Positions 37,454-49,491 of a DNA stretch of 64,000 nucleotides are shown one piece after another. Made by a program: the position numbers and the translations under genes. This stretch comes from Octopus sinensis (lineage: Eukaryota): positions 26,536,001-26,600,000 of the forward strand of contig NC_043006.1 of the NCBI RefSeq assembly GCF_006345805.1, in the 5' to 3' direction. Numbering within the stretch: position 1 is the stretch's first letter; every line of letters begins with the position of its first letter. The notes beneath the pieces were generated by a model, which was not told the DNA's origin, ran no database searches, and saw only the letters and a list, made by a program, of their open reading frames with translations.

Positions 37454-38229
37454 TAAACATTGAGAAATGTTTATGTTTACCTTAAGGTACAAAATATTAC
37501 AATCGTATTAACAAGTCAGTTCCTTTTTCTATGATCTACCTTGATGAAATTCAATATTTACAACAACACTAATTGTTTTAAGTAAATATGAAATAACGTT
37601 CACGTACGTATAAAAGTAGTGCAGTATAAACATATGAAATAATTGATTTTGAATATTTGTTCACGCCTACATTTAGAAGGACAAGTTATGTGCAAACAAC
37701 AGAAGCCCCAGGTGATTCATTATCGTACAAATTATGAGATGTAATATTAATGTCTCTCACAGCTAAGTTACTGGTGTAAATAAATTTGGAAATGAAAAAC
37801 AACTCAGTATTCCGTTTCGAGTCTTTAGTGTATAAGTTAGTTTCAACTGATATAGGGTATCGGGTCAGGATATCCTATATAATCTCAAACGTTGTCAATA
37901 ATATATTAAATTTCCGCCAATGCCCGTAAGATTCGTCACAAACCGAACAGCTGCGTTGATTTCTAATTGCCAACGTGGGTCAATTATTTTTGATTGAGAA
38001 AAATCGATGTACGCTGCCAAACCTCCAGACACACACACATATATATTATATATATGTATTGCGAAAGAAATCGAAGCTAACTTACAATTTAAAAAACACT
38101 ATAACGTCAATATGAAAATTATGCACGAAACTAATTAAGTTATTTCCAGTTAGTTACTATAAACATTTGTTAATATAATTTCAAACTGTTATTTTTTGCT
38201 TTTTTTTTGCTCCTTTTTTAAAATTAGTG

Positions 38230-38546
38230 ATGCTTCGGATTTGGTTAAAAAGAAGAGTGAACGTTAGATTATTGTTAACTTTTATCTTTGTCGTACTTTT
38301 TGTTTATGTGTACTGGAACTTTTTCCAATTAAGAGATGATGAGATAATCATATACCGAAAAAAGCGTTATGAAACTTATCAGAAAAATGAACCTCATCGA
38401 AAAGGTCCTGGAGAACAAGGGTTACGTGTCGTACTGGAAGTAGATGAGGCTAAACAAAAAGAAGTTTTCGCAAAAGAAGCTTTTAATCTAATTGCAAGTG
38501 ATACTATAGCTCTGGACCGAAGTCTGCGGGATATACGTGATGAAAG
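38230..38546 (+). CDS. GALNT: Polypeptide N-acetylgalactosaminyltransferase, first coding exon (type II TM anchor + stem)
   Basis: Polypyrimidine tract + TAG acceptor ending at 38227, ATG at 38230. Basic N-terminus, hydrophobic TM segment (LLLTFIFVVLFVYVYW), then the GALNT stem signature GPGEQG...AFNLIASDTIALDRSLRDIR. GTAAG donor at 38547. Paralogue not determinable. Confidence 0.88.
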
Positions 38547-39891
38547 GTAAGTTTTTGTTTTACGTGTTGTTGTGACTACATAGTTATTTACCTTCTTTTA
38601 CCATGATGTGTGTGACTTCGAGGGACAACTATTCCAAAATTTTACCCTTATTTATTCATCACACTTCATCCCAATGAAAGAAAATAAAAGAAAATGAATT
38701 ACATTCGTGGGATGCAAAGAAAGAGAAAGAGGAAATAAGAGAGGAAGAACTACGCCCAAAACGTTGGTATTCACGCCACACTTTACCAAATTATATTGTT
38801 ATTAAACTTGTTCAGGGAATGCTACTTTACCAGTTACAGGTGTCTTTACGTATGAGTTCTAATTGCACTGTTGTTGTTTTCATCCTTCTGTGGTTGATAA
38901 AAGGAAGTACCAGTCGACGTACTAGGATCAAAACAACGAAGTGTTCCCACGACTAAAGTTTTTACCATTAAAGAGAGGCCGAGGTTCTGATCGAATCACA
39001 AATATAAAAAACAAAAAAAACCCTCAAATTCTCAAATTTTGAAGGATAATTTGGAACAAATTAGAGAACACAAATTCGAGCTTACCCTTGTAACCTTTTA
39101 AACTTTTTATTCTTTGTTCCATATCACCCCGTTATCTTCTTTTTTAAGTTTGTCCTAAATTACCCCATTTGGTTCATCCGAATGATGCTCTATTTTTGTT
39201 TCTGAAAATTAGAATACACTAATTACATACGCGAGTTTCTACTGCTCTATCGAGTGTACATCCATCTTCCTGTCTTTTGGGAGTGCAGATTTGTATTTGC
39301 GTGCCACATTTGTTCAATGGTGCGGTTTGTTTTGTTTTCTGCGTTGCTATTGTTTATTTAGTTGTGTAGGATACGTGTTAGATGATGATGGTTTCGGACA
39401 TGACTACTGAACTGGGCTCCTCAACTCTGACTTTGTTTTTCCCAAAACTTTCCTAAAATGCTTATTATTTTTTTAATTAAAATTTCTGTGGATATATTTT
39501 AGATTGTGTAGGTTACGATTACAACCAGTGTTGAGAGTAATTGAAAACAAAACTTCGATTAATGTTTACAAGTATACCGGCACGAAAAAAATCGACCTAT
39601 TTTTTTTTTTTTTAATCTTTTCAGTGGATTCCTATGCTTTTGATGACGGAGATTCTGAAGATGTCAAAAATCATGTTTTCAAAATTTTCAATTCCCCTTC
39701 CCCATCCCAATTTTTTTTAATTTTAACATTTTTCGAATTTTTCAATCCACGTGTAAAAAATATGGAGATTGAAGATATGATAAAAAGAAAATAATTAATT
39801 TCAAATTTTCTATGAGGAAACTTCCAAAATTGATTCATACACTCCTCGGTACCCCATGCCGTTAATAACCAGAGATGTTTTCATAGCAACA

Positions 39892-40259
39892 CTAGCAGTA
39901 TCGCCCGGCGTTGCTCAGGTTTGTAAGGGAAATAACTATAAAGCAATTTTAGAGAGTTATAGCCAAAAAATAGCAAAAAAATGGAAAAAAATTATGGTAA
40001 ATTTTTTTTTGAGATTTAAAAAAGGTGGAGTTGCGTCCCCTAGACAGTTTGTGGTATGTGTTTCTGATTCTCGACCCCATGTCGAATTTATCGATTTTTT
40101 TCAGAACTGGGGGAACTTTTCAAAATTTTCGCTGCGTTAGTTTTGAATTATGACATTGGGCTATGTGTGTGTCAAGTTTCATCAGAATCAGGGTGAGGGT
40201 ACAAGCAAACAGACACACAGAAACACGCACAGACAAACTGCCGTTTATATAGAGAGAGA
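39892..40259 (-). mobile_element. Non-autonomous Helitron
   Basis: On the minus strand it starts A|TC and ends CTAG|T, with a GC-rich hairpin (CCTGAGCAACGCCGGG) about 8 nt before CTAG. Two more copies at 58661 and 63102. Confidence 0.8.
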
Positions 40260-40800
40260 TATATGAGAATGTGTCTGTCTGCCTGTCTATCTATCTATCT
40301 ATCTATCTATCTCCCTCCATACACATACACACACACATTAATAATAGGCAGAAGTTACAGAATGGCCAAATTCGTGTTTGATAAGTGCCAATACACGAAA
40401 CTCTCAGCTTTTGATTTACTATCAAACTTCTGTTAATGATATATATATACATACATATACGTGCAAAAAAATCTCATTACGCAATCAAACCAATGAAAGA
40501 GCTCCTACCTGGATGCTTGACACGCTAAAAAGAGCAGCCAAAGTATCCCCCTACCTAAATCACATGCCCATTATACGTAAAAAGATTACCCCTAAAAAGA
40601 CTGTTTTCTGAAGGCTAGAATGTCTTTGATGATAGGTTTGCTGTATCAGGGTTGATCTGAGGCTAAATAACAACAAAATTATTAATGAGAGAGACCGACG
40701 ACAGAGCCTGTATGTGGTTGCATGACCTGCTAGATCGAATAAACCCCAGGAATTATTTCTAAAGTGCATAAAATATGTGGCGTATTAGGACGTGGCCTAA

Positions 40801-41120
40801 TTTGGGGGGTGAGGTGTGGAATTTTAGAAAATTCATCTGAGTTCACTTCAATTCGTCTTAACTTCCAAGAAAATGGATATATTTTTAATGAAATTCTCTA
40901 CAAATATGGACTTGTTCAGAAACACCCACGAATGGGAAACAGTTCTCAAAAAATAACCCCCAGTTGTTTTCCCCCAAAATTCCTATGTCCTCGGAATCTA
41001 CATAGTCTGAGGTATATTTGTAGAGAATTTCATTAAAAAATATCCATTTTCTTGAAATTAAGATGAATTGAAATGGACTCCGGTGAATTTTCTGAAATTC
41101 CTCACCTGCCCCCTCCTAAA
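40801..41120. repeat. About 110-bp imperfect inverted repeat (40801-40911 vs 41005-41120)
   Basis: GAAAATGGATATATTTTTAATGAAATTCTCTACAAATAT and its reverse complement, roughly 85% identical by eye. A third partial copy at about 41170-41215. Confidence 0.75.
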
Positions 41121-41431
41121 ACACCCCCCCTAAAAAATTTTTTGTATATTCGGAATTTACATGATATAACACATATTCATACAAAATTTCATTAAATAAT
41201 ATCCATTTTTCTGACAGTTATGATCATCCAAAGTCGGGGTGGGGTAGAAATTTGTAGTTATGCCTAGTAATATACCAAAATTTCATGAAACACGTTTGAT
41301 ATTCAATGGGGGTCTTTTTATGAGGGTCAATGATTCACTCAATTTTTTTTTTTTATCCAAATAACAACATCCATACTCAGACTATAGAAGGGCAATGGAT
41401 GTTCATCAAGAAGAAAGGCGACATTGTGGAG

Positions 41432-41600
41432 TTACTCCTTTACTTGTTTCAGTCACTTGACTGCGGCCAAGCTGGAGCACCGCCTTGAAGGGCTTTAGTC
41501 AAACGAAACAACCCCTTATTTTTGAAGCCTAGTACTTATTCTATTGGGGCTTTTTTGCCAAACTGCTAAGTTATGGGGAAGTAAACACTGCAACATCAAT
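41432..41600 (-). mobile_element. SINE family 1, 3' fragment
   Basis: TTTACTTGTTTCAGTCACTTGACTGCGGCCAAGCTGGAGCACCGCC is the reverse complement of the SINE tail. Confidence 0.7.
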
Positions 41601-42019
41601 CAAATAATGGGTTGGGTTCAAAATTCCACTAGAACACATGATGGAGGCTGGAGAGTACATCAACCGAAACGTGATAACAACAAACACTACGAGGGCACCT
41701 ATCTCTTCATTGTAAATAATGTACAGCAACTGCGGTTATAAGCGGTGACAGGGTGTCAAACACAAAGACACACACATATATACATATATAGGCTGACTTT
41801 GGAATTAGGAAGCACCAACAAGTTGGAATTTCTCCATTTTGGCACAGATTTTTCAGATTTCTTTTCACAGTGTCCTTGGAAATGATCTGGAGTATCTGTT
41901 TAACAAAAAACCCCCCCAAAAAAACTTATCTTCCCTTCTCTGGAGCGATTATGGTCAATTTTGTGGGCACCACGCACTTAAAATCAAGGCATAACTACAG
42001 ATTTCCACCCCACCGACCT

Positions 42020-42750
42020 TGGATGAAACGTTTATCTATGAGTTCCCTGTATTTTTCTACCCATTGTTTTATTGCTTCCAGACCCAGGGTGTGTGGTATG
42101 TTCGTGTATACGCTTGTGACATCGAAGCTTGCAAGTATGGTGTTTTCCGGAACTGTATTTGGAATGTGTGTGAGGAAGTCTATGTCATCCCTTATGTAGC
42201 TTGGTATCAGTGGGCATAAAGGTTTAAGGAGTACATCTATGAAATGGCTTAGTTGTTGTGTTGGCGCCTGGGGCCCTGCCACTATTGGTCTCATTGTGAG
42301 GTTTGTGGGCCTTTGTATTCTTATACAATGATTCCTCTGTTCCTTTATAGCTCTCTGTATTTCAGAGCTTTTATGAACTTTAGGTAATCCATAAAAGTTG
42401 CTTTCTTTGGTTCTTGAGTTGCATAAATAGTCTTTCTCCTTGTCTGTAAAGGAGTCCTGGTATTCATTGACTAATGTTCCAATTTTTTTTAATGTTGCTT
42501 TCTCCGGTGGTGTTGGTTCCTCTTTATAGTATGTCTGGTTGTTAAGCATCTCCAGTATCTTTTCTTTGTAGTGATCTGTATCCATAATTACTATTGCCCC
42601 ACCTTTATCAACTTCTTTTATAATGATCGACTGGTCATTTTTTAGTTTTTGTAAAGCTTTTTTTTCTCCTCTGTGGAGGTTCTGTTTGAGAGGGAATTTG
42701 GAGATTGTCTCTATCTATGCATCTAAGTGTTTGTCACTTCCCTTGTAAGG
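42020..42750 (-). mobile_element. Penelope-like element RT fragment
   Basis: One frame with a single TAG (42715-42717): QNLHRGEKKALQKLKNDQSIIIKKVDKGGAIVIMDTDHY..FYGLPKVHK..MRPIVAG..LASFDVTSVYTNIPH. Confidence 0.9.
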
Positions 42751-42822
42751 GGTGAAATGGGATATATATTTATGTGTGTGTGTGTGTGTATCAAATAAAA
42801 TTAAGAACAGAACACAAAGGAT

Positions 42823-42919
42823 ATCGCAGTACACGTGTTTCAAGCTTTATAAACAATCCGTTCTTACATCAGTGTATTATTGGTATAAAAGATGGTTTAA
42901 AGCTCTCTTCAGCCGCAAA
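42823..42919 (-). ncRNA. Type I hammerhead ribozyme, PLE-associated, catalytic core intact
   Basis: Minus strand: UUUGCGG-CUGAAGA-GAGCUUUA[48 nt]UAAAGCUU-GAAA-CACGUG-UA-CUGCGAU. Stem I, an 8-bp base of stem II and a palindromic stem III (ACACGUGU) are all visible. Confidence 0.75.
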
Positions 42920-43259
42920 CATTGAAAAATATGAAAAGTACATTATAATAGGTTTCTCATATCTCCTTGAAAAAGTGTATTTGTAAAATTTCCTAACTGT
43001 ATAAATGTATAAAGATTCATTGGATTTTGAAAATCTGCCCATACTGTATCACCAGTCAACATAGAGTGAATGTTAAATAGATTGGAATGGGTTTATATTC
43101 AATTCTCTTGTATAAGATAGGAAGGAAAATAAGATAAAAAGAAAAATAGAGAGAAAAAAATAAAAGTTAAAAAATAAAATAAGAAATAAAGAGCAAGAGT
43201 ACTGGAAGTAAAAGACAAGAGTAATAAAACCAAAAATAGTAAAAAAGTAAAAATAAGTA

Positions 43260-43648
43260 GGCGCAGGAGTGGCTGTGTGGTAAGTAGCTTGTTTACCAAC
43301 CACATATTTCCGGGTTCAGTCCCACTGCGTGGCACCTTGGGCATGTGTCTTCTACTAAGCCTCGAGCCGACCAAAGCCTTGTGAGTGGATTTGGTAGACG
43401 GAAACTGAAAGAAGCCCATCGTATATATGTATATATATGCGTGTGTGTGTTTGTGTGTCTGTGTTTGTTCCTCTAGCATTGCTTGACAACCGATGCTGGT
43501 GTGTTTATGTCCCCGTTACTTAGCGGTTCGGCAAAAGACACCGATAGAATAAGTACTGGGCTTACAAAAGAATAAGTCCTGAGGTTGAGTTGCTCGATTA
43601 AAGGTGGTGCTCCAGCATGGCCGCAGTCAATGACTGAAACAAGTAAAA
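43260..43648 (+). mobile_element. SINE family 1 copy, full length
   Basis: High identity to 2248-2637. Confidence 0.88.
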
Positions 43649-44036
43649 GAGAGTAAAGAGTAAGGATAATAAAGTTAGAACCACATATAAATAAGAATTA
43701 GCCAAATAAGAATAAAGTAACAAAAAGAACTAAAACGAAAGAATTGAGACTATAAGGTAGAGTAAGAGATAAAGAGATAAGATATTAAAGGGCTGAGAAT
43801 AAGATTTTGGCTTTGATGGGATGGTAGTGGTCGTAAATAACTTTGATATCGTTGTGATGAATGGTCAGTTTACACAAACCCTGCCACTAAAAGTTACTAG
43901 CTTTATAAGTTTATAGTATATGTATATGTGTGTGTATATACGCGTACTCATACACATATATATAAGCTAACATGCTTGAGCGTATACAAGTATGCCTCAT
44001 TATGCACAGCATTAAATACATGGAATTACACACACA

Positions 44037-44203
44037 GGCGCAGGAGTGGTTGTGTGGTAAGTAGCTTGCTAACCAACCACATGGTTCTGGGTTCAGTCCC
44101 ACTGCGTGGCATCTTGGGCAAGTGTCTTCTGCTATAGCCCCGGACCGACCAATGCCTTTTGAGTGGATTTGGTAGATGGAAACTGAAAGAAGCCTGTCGT
44201 ATA

Positions 44204-44246
<43 letters not shown>

Positions 44247-44448
44247 GTGTGTGTGTCTGTGTTTGTCCCCTTAGCATTGCTTGACAACAGATGCTGGTGT
44301 GTTTACGTCCCCGTCACTTAGCGGTTCGGCAAAATAGACCGATAGAATAAGTACTGGGCTTACAAAGAATAAGTCCCGGGGTCGATTTGCTTGACTAAAG
44401 GCTATGCTCCAGCATGGCCGCAGTCAAATGACTGAAACAAGTAAAAGA
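44037..44448 (+). mobile_element. SINE family 1 copy, full length
   Basis: High identity to 2248-2637 and 43260-43648. Confidence 0.88.
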
Positions 44449-44900
44449 GAGAGACACACATCACACATATCTACAGTTAAACCCTAGTAAACATATACAT
44501 ACACTACTATATCCTTAAGCATATGTACAGATATAGATATCTATACACACACACACATACATATACTCCCCCCATTTTTTATTTTTACGTTTTATTTTTT
44601 ACATTTTCACTTTGCTCTTTACCTCTTTGTAACCTATTACTATTTATTATTATTTATCTTTTTATATATCATGTCAGATATCTTTTGAGCATTTCCAAAT
44701 ATATTTGACGGTTTTTGATATATTATTCATATATTATTGATATATTATTGATACATTCTCAGTTTAAGCTGTCAGTATCTTACTATTTCTAATACCCTTT
44801 CACTAACACGTTTTTTTAAAAACATACGATTCTTGTAAAACTCCTTTTATCACTTTTATTTCTTTCCTTTAATGCATTCCATTTACTGATAATCCATCGC

Positions 44901-45842
44901 GGATCTTTTCCTTTTGAATGGCACATCTTTTCCTTTAGAATGTGTTTATAAAACCCAATCTGTTTCTTAAACGAGGGACATATTCATACAGCACGGAATG
45001 TTTTCACCCCAAATGGAGGTCAGCGATTGGTTAAAATTGCCGAAATGCTCGAAATCTCAAACGAAATATCTTACAAACTATAGAATTTTCTCAATAAAGC
45101 CAAGAAAAAATGATGTTTTATAAACACATTCTACCAGTATACGAAGTTTAAAAGTGTTTAGTTAACTAGAAATTGTGTTGACATGTGCCGTTCAAAAGGA
45201 AAAGATCTTTCAATATATTTAAAAGTAAAAAAAAAATTTTGTTTTAAAAAAAGGTGGGTTTTTTTTATCTATCTATGACAAAAAAATTTTGTTTTAAAAA
45301 AAGGTGGTTTTTTTTTATCTATCTATGACAAAACCATTGGTTTTGTCATAGATAAATAAAAAAAACCCACCTCTTTTTAAAACAAAATTTTTTTTTTACT
45401 TTTATATATATTGAAGGATCTTTTCCTTTTGAACGGCACATGTCAACACAATTTCTAGTTAACTAAACACTTTAAAACTTCGTATACTGGTAGAATGTGT
45501 CAAAATAAAACATTTTTTTCTCTTGGCTTTCTTGAGAAAATTGTAATTTGTTTAACGTAGTTTAATTTTTCGAATTTTAACCAATGAATCGCCACTAGTG
45601 AGCTAAAATCATTTGCTGCATCTAAAACTGAGACAACATCCTGTCACTAACCCTAAACCTCACCCTCACCCTAACCCTAAATTTTTTTTTTCTTAATTGT
45701 TAAATTAATCTAATTGTTACGCGTGTAAAAAAAACGAAAGGCTAAAACGAAAGCAATGGAAAATAATTTAAACAATTAAGTTTTAAAGTGTGTAGTTAAC
45801 TAGAAATTGTGTTGACATGTGCCATTCAAAAGGAAAAGATCC
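44901..45842. mobile_element. Two head-to-head MITE copies within a fold-back palindrome
   Basis: MITE 45416-45842 has about 60-bp TIRs (GGATCTTTTCCTTTTGAACGGCACATGTCAAC...). An oppositely oriented partial copy is at 44901-45208. The palindrome spans about 45074-45550, centred on 45337. Confidence 0.8.
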
Positions 45843-46064
45843 CATTCTTACATCAATAATATACAGATGCCTACAAAATTAGCTCTATTAATAAGTATGT
45901 CTACAATTATACATGGATAGATAATTACAAAAAGCAAACATTAGTAGCTCCAATCAGATTATACCATCGAAATACTTTGTACTCATATACATATCTCCGC
46001 AAACGTAAGCAAATAAACATATGTTAAAGACTATGAACATGCTTCCATTTAAGACATATATATA

Positions 46065-46195
46065 CAGGGTGTCCCAAAAAAATGTATACACATAGTGGTT
46101 CAGCAAAAGAGAACGATAGAATAAGTACTAGGCTTACAAAGAATAACAAATTTACAATTATTTAAGGTGTGTATACATTTTTTGGGGACACCCTG
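46065..46195. mobile_element. 131-bp Tc1/mariner-type MITE containing a SINE fragment
   Basis: 28-bp TIRs CAGGGTGTCCC(A/C)AAAAAATGTATACACA with 1 mismatch, TA on both sides. Interior 46093-46146 matches the SINE family 1 body. Confidence 0.85.
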
Positions 46196-46205
46196 TATAT
46201 ACGTA

Positions 46206-47008
46206 GTGGCGAGAATGGATGAAGATAGTTGTGTGAAAAAGTGCCACACCCTAGCGGTTGAGGGAACCTGTGGAAGAGGCAGACCCAGGAAAACCTGGGA
46301 CGAGGTGGTGAAGCACGACCTTCGAACTTTAGGTCTCACTGAGGAAATGACTAGAGACCGAGTCCTCTGGAAGTGTGCTGTGCGCGAGAAGACCCGGCAG
46401 GACAAGTGAGTCCATAACCCGTGGCCTTCTACTTGTGATGGAGCCAGCCTACGTATGCATACCTTCCCTTCTTGGGACACAAAACTCTACTTGTGAAGAC
46501 CTGTTGAGGCAAGTGAGGATCAGAATCAAAATCGATCAATGGAAATTGCAGATGTGTTACCAGTGCCGGTGGCATGTCGATACTCTACTTGTGAAGACCC
46601 ATTGAGGCAAGTGAGGATCAGAAATGGAAATCGATCAATGGAAATTGCAGATGTGTTACCAGTGCCGGTGGCATGTAAGAGAACCTTCCGTTTCGCGACC
46701 GTTGCCAGCACCGCCCCGTTTCGTGTCCGTTGCCAGCCTCGCCTGGCCCTTGTGCCGGTGGCACGTAAAAAGCACCATCCGTCCGTGGCCGTTTGCCAGC
46801 TCTGTCTGGCACCTGTGCGGGTGGCATGTAAAAAGCACCCACTACACTCACGGAGTGGTTGGCGTTAGGAAGGGCATCCAGCCGTAGAAACACTGCCAGA
46901 TTTGACTGGGCCTGATGAAGCCTTCTGGCTTCACAGACCCCAGTAGAACCGTCCAACCCATGCTAGCATGGAAAACGGACGCTAAACGATGATGATGATG
47001 ATGATGAT
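46206..47008 (+). mobile_element. RTE LINE, 5'-truncated copy 1 (ORF end + 3' UTR)
   Basis: VARMDEDSCVKKCHTLAVEGTCGRGRPRKTW..*, 3' UTR with a 98-bp internal tandem duplication (46484-46577 / 46582-46676), (GAT)n tail. Confidence 0.9.
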
Positions 47009-47336
47009 CAATTTCCACATACACAAGCATACAATGGATCCACATGAGGGTACATAAAAAAAAATCCATATCCATAAACTAAACAAATACTAGTGCATTC
47101 ACGTACCTTATACAAAGCAGCATATTAAACAACAGATGTAAATGTACACCAATACACATGTACAACTCCATATAATCATTACATACACAAAAGTGTACTG
47201 AAGTTTATTCATAAGATCGATATACATGAAAAATAACAAAATAATACTTTAAACTACCACATGCATTTACACAAAAAAAAACATACATAAATAAATAAAT
47301 ATATATATATGCATATGCATCTACATATATACAAAT

Positions 47337-49214
47337 CCCAACTAATTAGAGAGAGAGTTAGTTTAGATGAGATGCAGTTTGGGTTTGTGCCAGGGAAAAG
47401 TACTACTGATGCTATATTCCTGGTAAGGCAGCTGCAGGAGAAATACCTAGCCAAAGATAAGCCCCTGTAGCTGGCTTTTGTTGACATGGAGAAAGCCTTC
47501 GACAGGGTCCCCCGATCCCTTATCTGGTGGGCAATGAGGAAACTAGGGATAGATGAATGGTTAGTGAGAGCTGTGCGGGCCATGTATAGGGACGCTGCTA
47601 GTAGGGTGAGGGTTGGAAATGAGTACAGTGAAGAATTCCGGGTAGAGGTAGGGGTCCACCAAGGCTCAGTACTCAGCCCCCTCCTATTTATCATAGTCCT
47701 CCAGGCAATAACGGAGGAATTCAAGACAGGATGCCCTTGGGAGCTCCTCTATGCTGATGACCTTGCTCTAATTGCTGAGTCACTATCAGAACTGGAGGAG
47801 AAGTTTCAGGTGTGGAAACAAGGATTAGAATCGAAGGGCCTCAGAGTCAATCTAGCTAAAACCAAAGTCGTAATAAGTAGGAAGGTAGACAAATCACAAA
47901 CGCCTTCAGGTAGATGGCCCTGCTCGATCTGTAGAAAAGGTGTAGGTAGAAACTCTATAAGATGCACCAAGTGTAAGCTATGGACACATAAGAGGTGCAG
48001 CAATGTCAAAGGAAGGCTAACTAGGAAGATGGTTTTTGTATGTGGCAGATGCTCAGGAACAATAAACACTGAAAATGCTCTGAGACCAACTTCCGTCACT
48101 TTCCAGGGAGAAAAACTAGAAATAGTTGATAGTTTCCGTTACCTAGGTGACCAAGTCAGCAGCGGGGGCGGGTGTGCTGAAAGTGTAACTGCTAGAGTAA
48201 GAATAGCTTGGGCAAAGTTCAGAGAGCTCTTACCTCTGCTGGTGACAAAAGGCCTCTCGCACAGAATGAAAGGCAGACTGTATGATGCGTGTGTACGAAC
48301 AGCCATGCTACATGGCAGTGAAACATGGGCCGTGACTGCTGAGGATATGCGTAAGCTCACAAGAAATGAAGCCAGTATGCTCCGATGGATGTGTAATGTT
48401 GGTACTCACACTCGGCAGAGTGTAAGTACCTTGAGAGAAAAGCTGGACCTAAGAAGCATCAGTTGTGGTGTGCAAGAGAGACGTTTGCGCTGGTATGGTC
48501 ATGTGGCGAGAATGGATGAAAATAGTTGTGTGAAAAAGTGCCACACCCTAGCGGTTGAGGGAACCTGTGGAAGAGGCAGACCCAGGAAAACCTGGGACGA
48601 GGTGGTGAAGCACGACCTTCGAACTTTAGGTCTCACTGAGGAAATGACTAGAGACCGAGACCTATGGAAGTGTGCTGTGCGCGAGAAGACCTGGCAGGAC
48701 AAGTGAGTCCATAACCCGTGGCCTTCTACATGGGATGGAGCCAGCCTACGTATGCATACCTTCCCTTCTTGGGACACAAAACTCTACTTGTGAAGACCCG
48801 TTGAGGCAAGTGAGGATCAGAATCGAAATCGATCAATGGAAATCGATCAATGGAAATTGCAGATGTGTTACCAGTGCCGGTGGCATGTAAGAGAACCTTC
48901 CGTTTCGCGGCCGTTGCCAGCACCGCCCCGTTTCGTGTCCGTTGCCAGCCTCGCCTGGCCCTCGTGTCGGTGGCACATAAAAAGCACCATCCGTTCGTGG
49001 CCGTTTGCCAGCTCTGTCTGGCACCAGTGCGGGTGGCACGTAAAAAGCACCCACTACACTCACGGAGTGGTTGGCGTTAGGAAGGGCATCCAGCCGTAGA
49101 AACACTGCCAGATTTGACTGGGCCTGATGAAGCCTTCTGGCTTCACAGACCCCAGTAGAACCGTCCAACCCATGCTAGCATGGAAAGCGGACGCTAAACG
49201 ATGATGATGATGAT
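47337..49214 (+). mobile_element. RTE LINE, 5'-truncated copy 2 (RT with embedded PHD finger)
   Basis: QFGFVPGKSTTDAIF, FVDMEKAFDRV, GVHQGSVLSPLLF, LYADDL, FRYLG, LHGSETW. One premature TAG at 47468-47470. 3' UTR and (GAT)n tail. Confidence 0.93.
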
Positions 49215-49491
49215 TAGTGACCTCAATATAGTTAGTACATTGACACATACTTTATGCATATCTATATACTAAAAACAAGTGTAAATATGTATCAATATAC
49301 ATAAATATAAAGATATATTTACAAACAAATACAAGTATATAAAGAATGTACAAATATGTACACACAACTGAAACATATAAAAATATATAAATATATAAAC
49401 ATATTCACATACAAATACATATGTTACACACACATATACATGCATATACAAAAAATGATATGCCCATAACCAATTTCAATTTCTTACTCCT

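Noticed and set aside
37900-38000. Possible non-coding first exon or promoter of GALNT (more CpG-containing, candidate GTAAG donor near 37925)
   Set aside because: The acceptor at 38227 implies an upstream exon, but its position cannot be fixed from sequence alone.
39385-39440. UUGAGGA...GAAA on the minus strand as another hammerhead
   Set aside because: Stems I and II do not pair and there is no PLE context.
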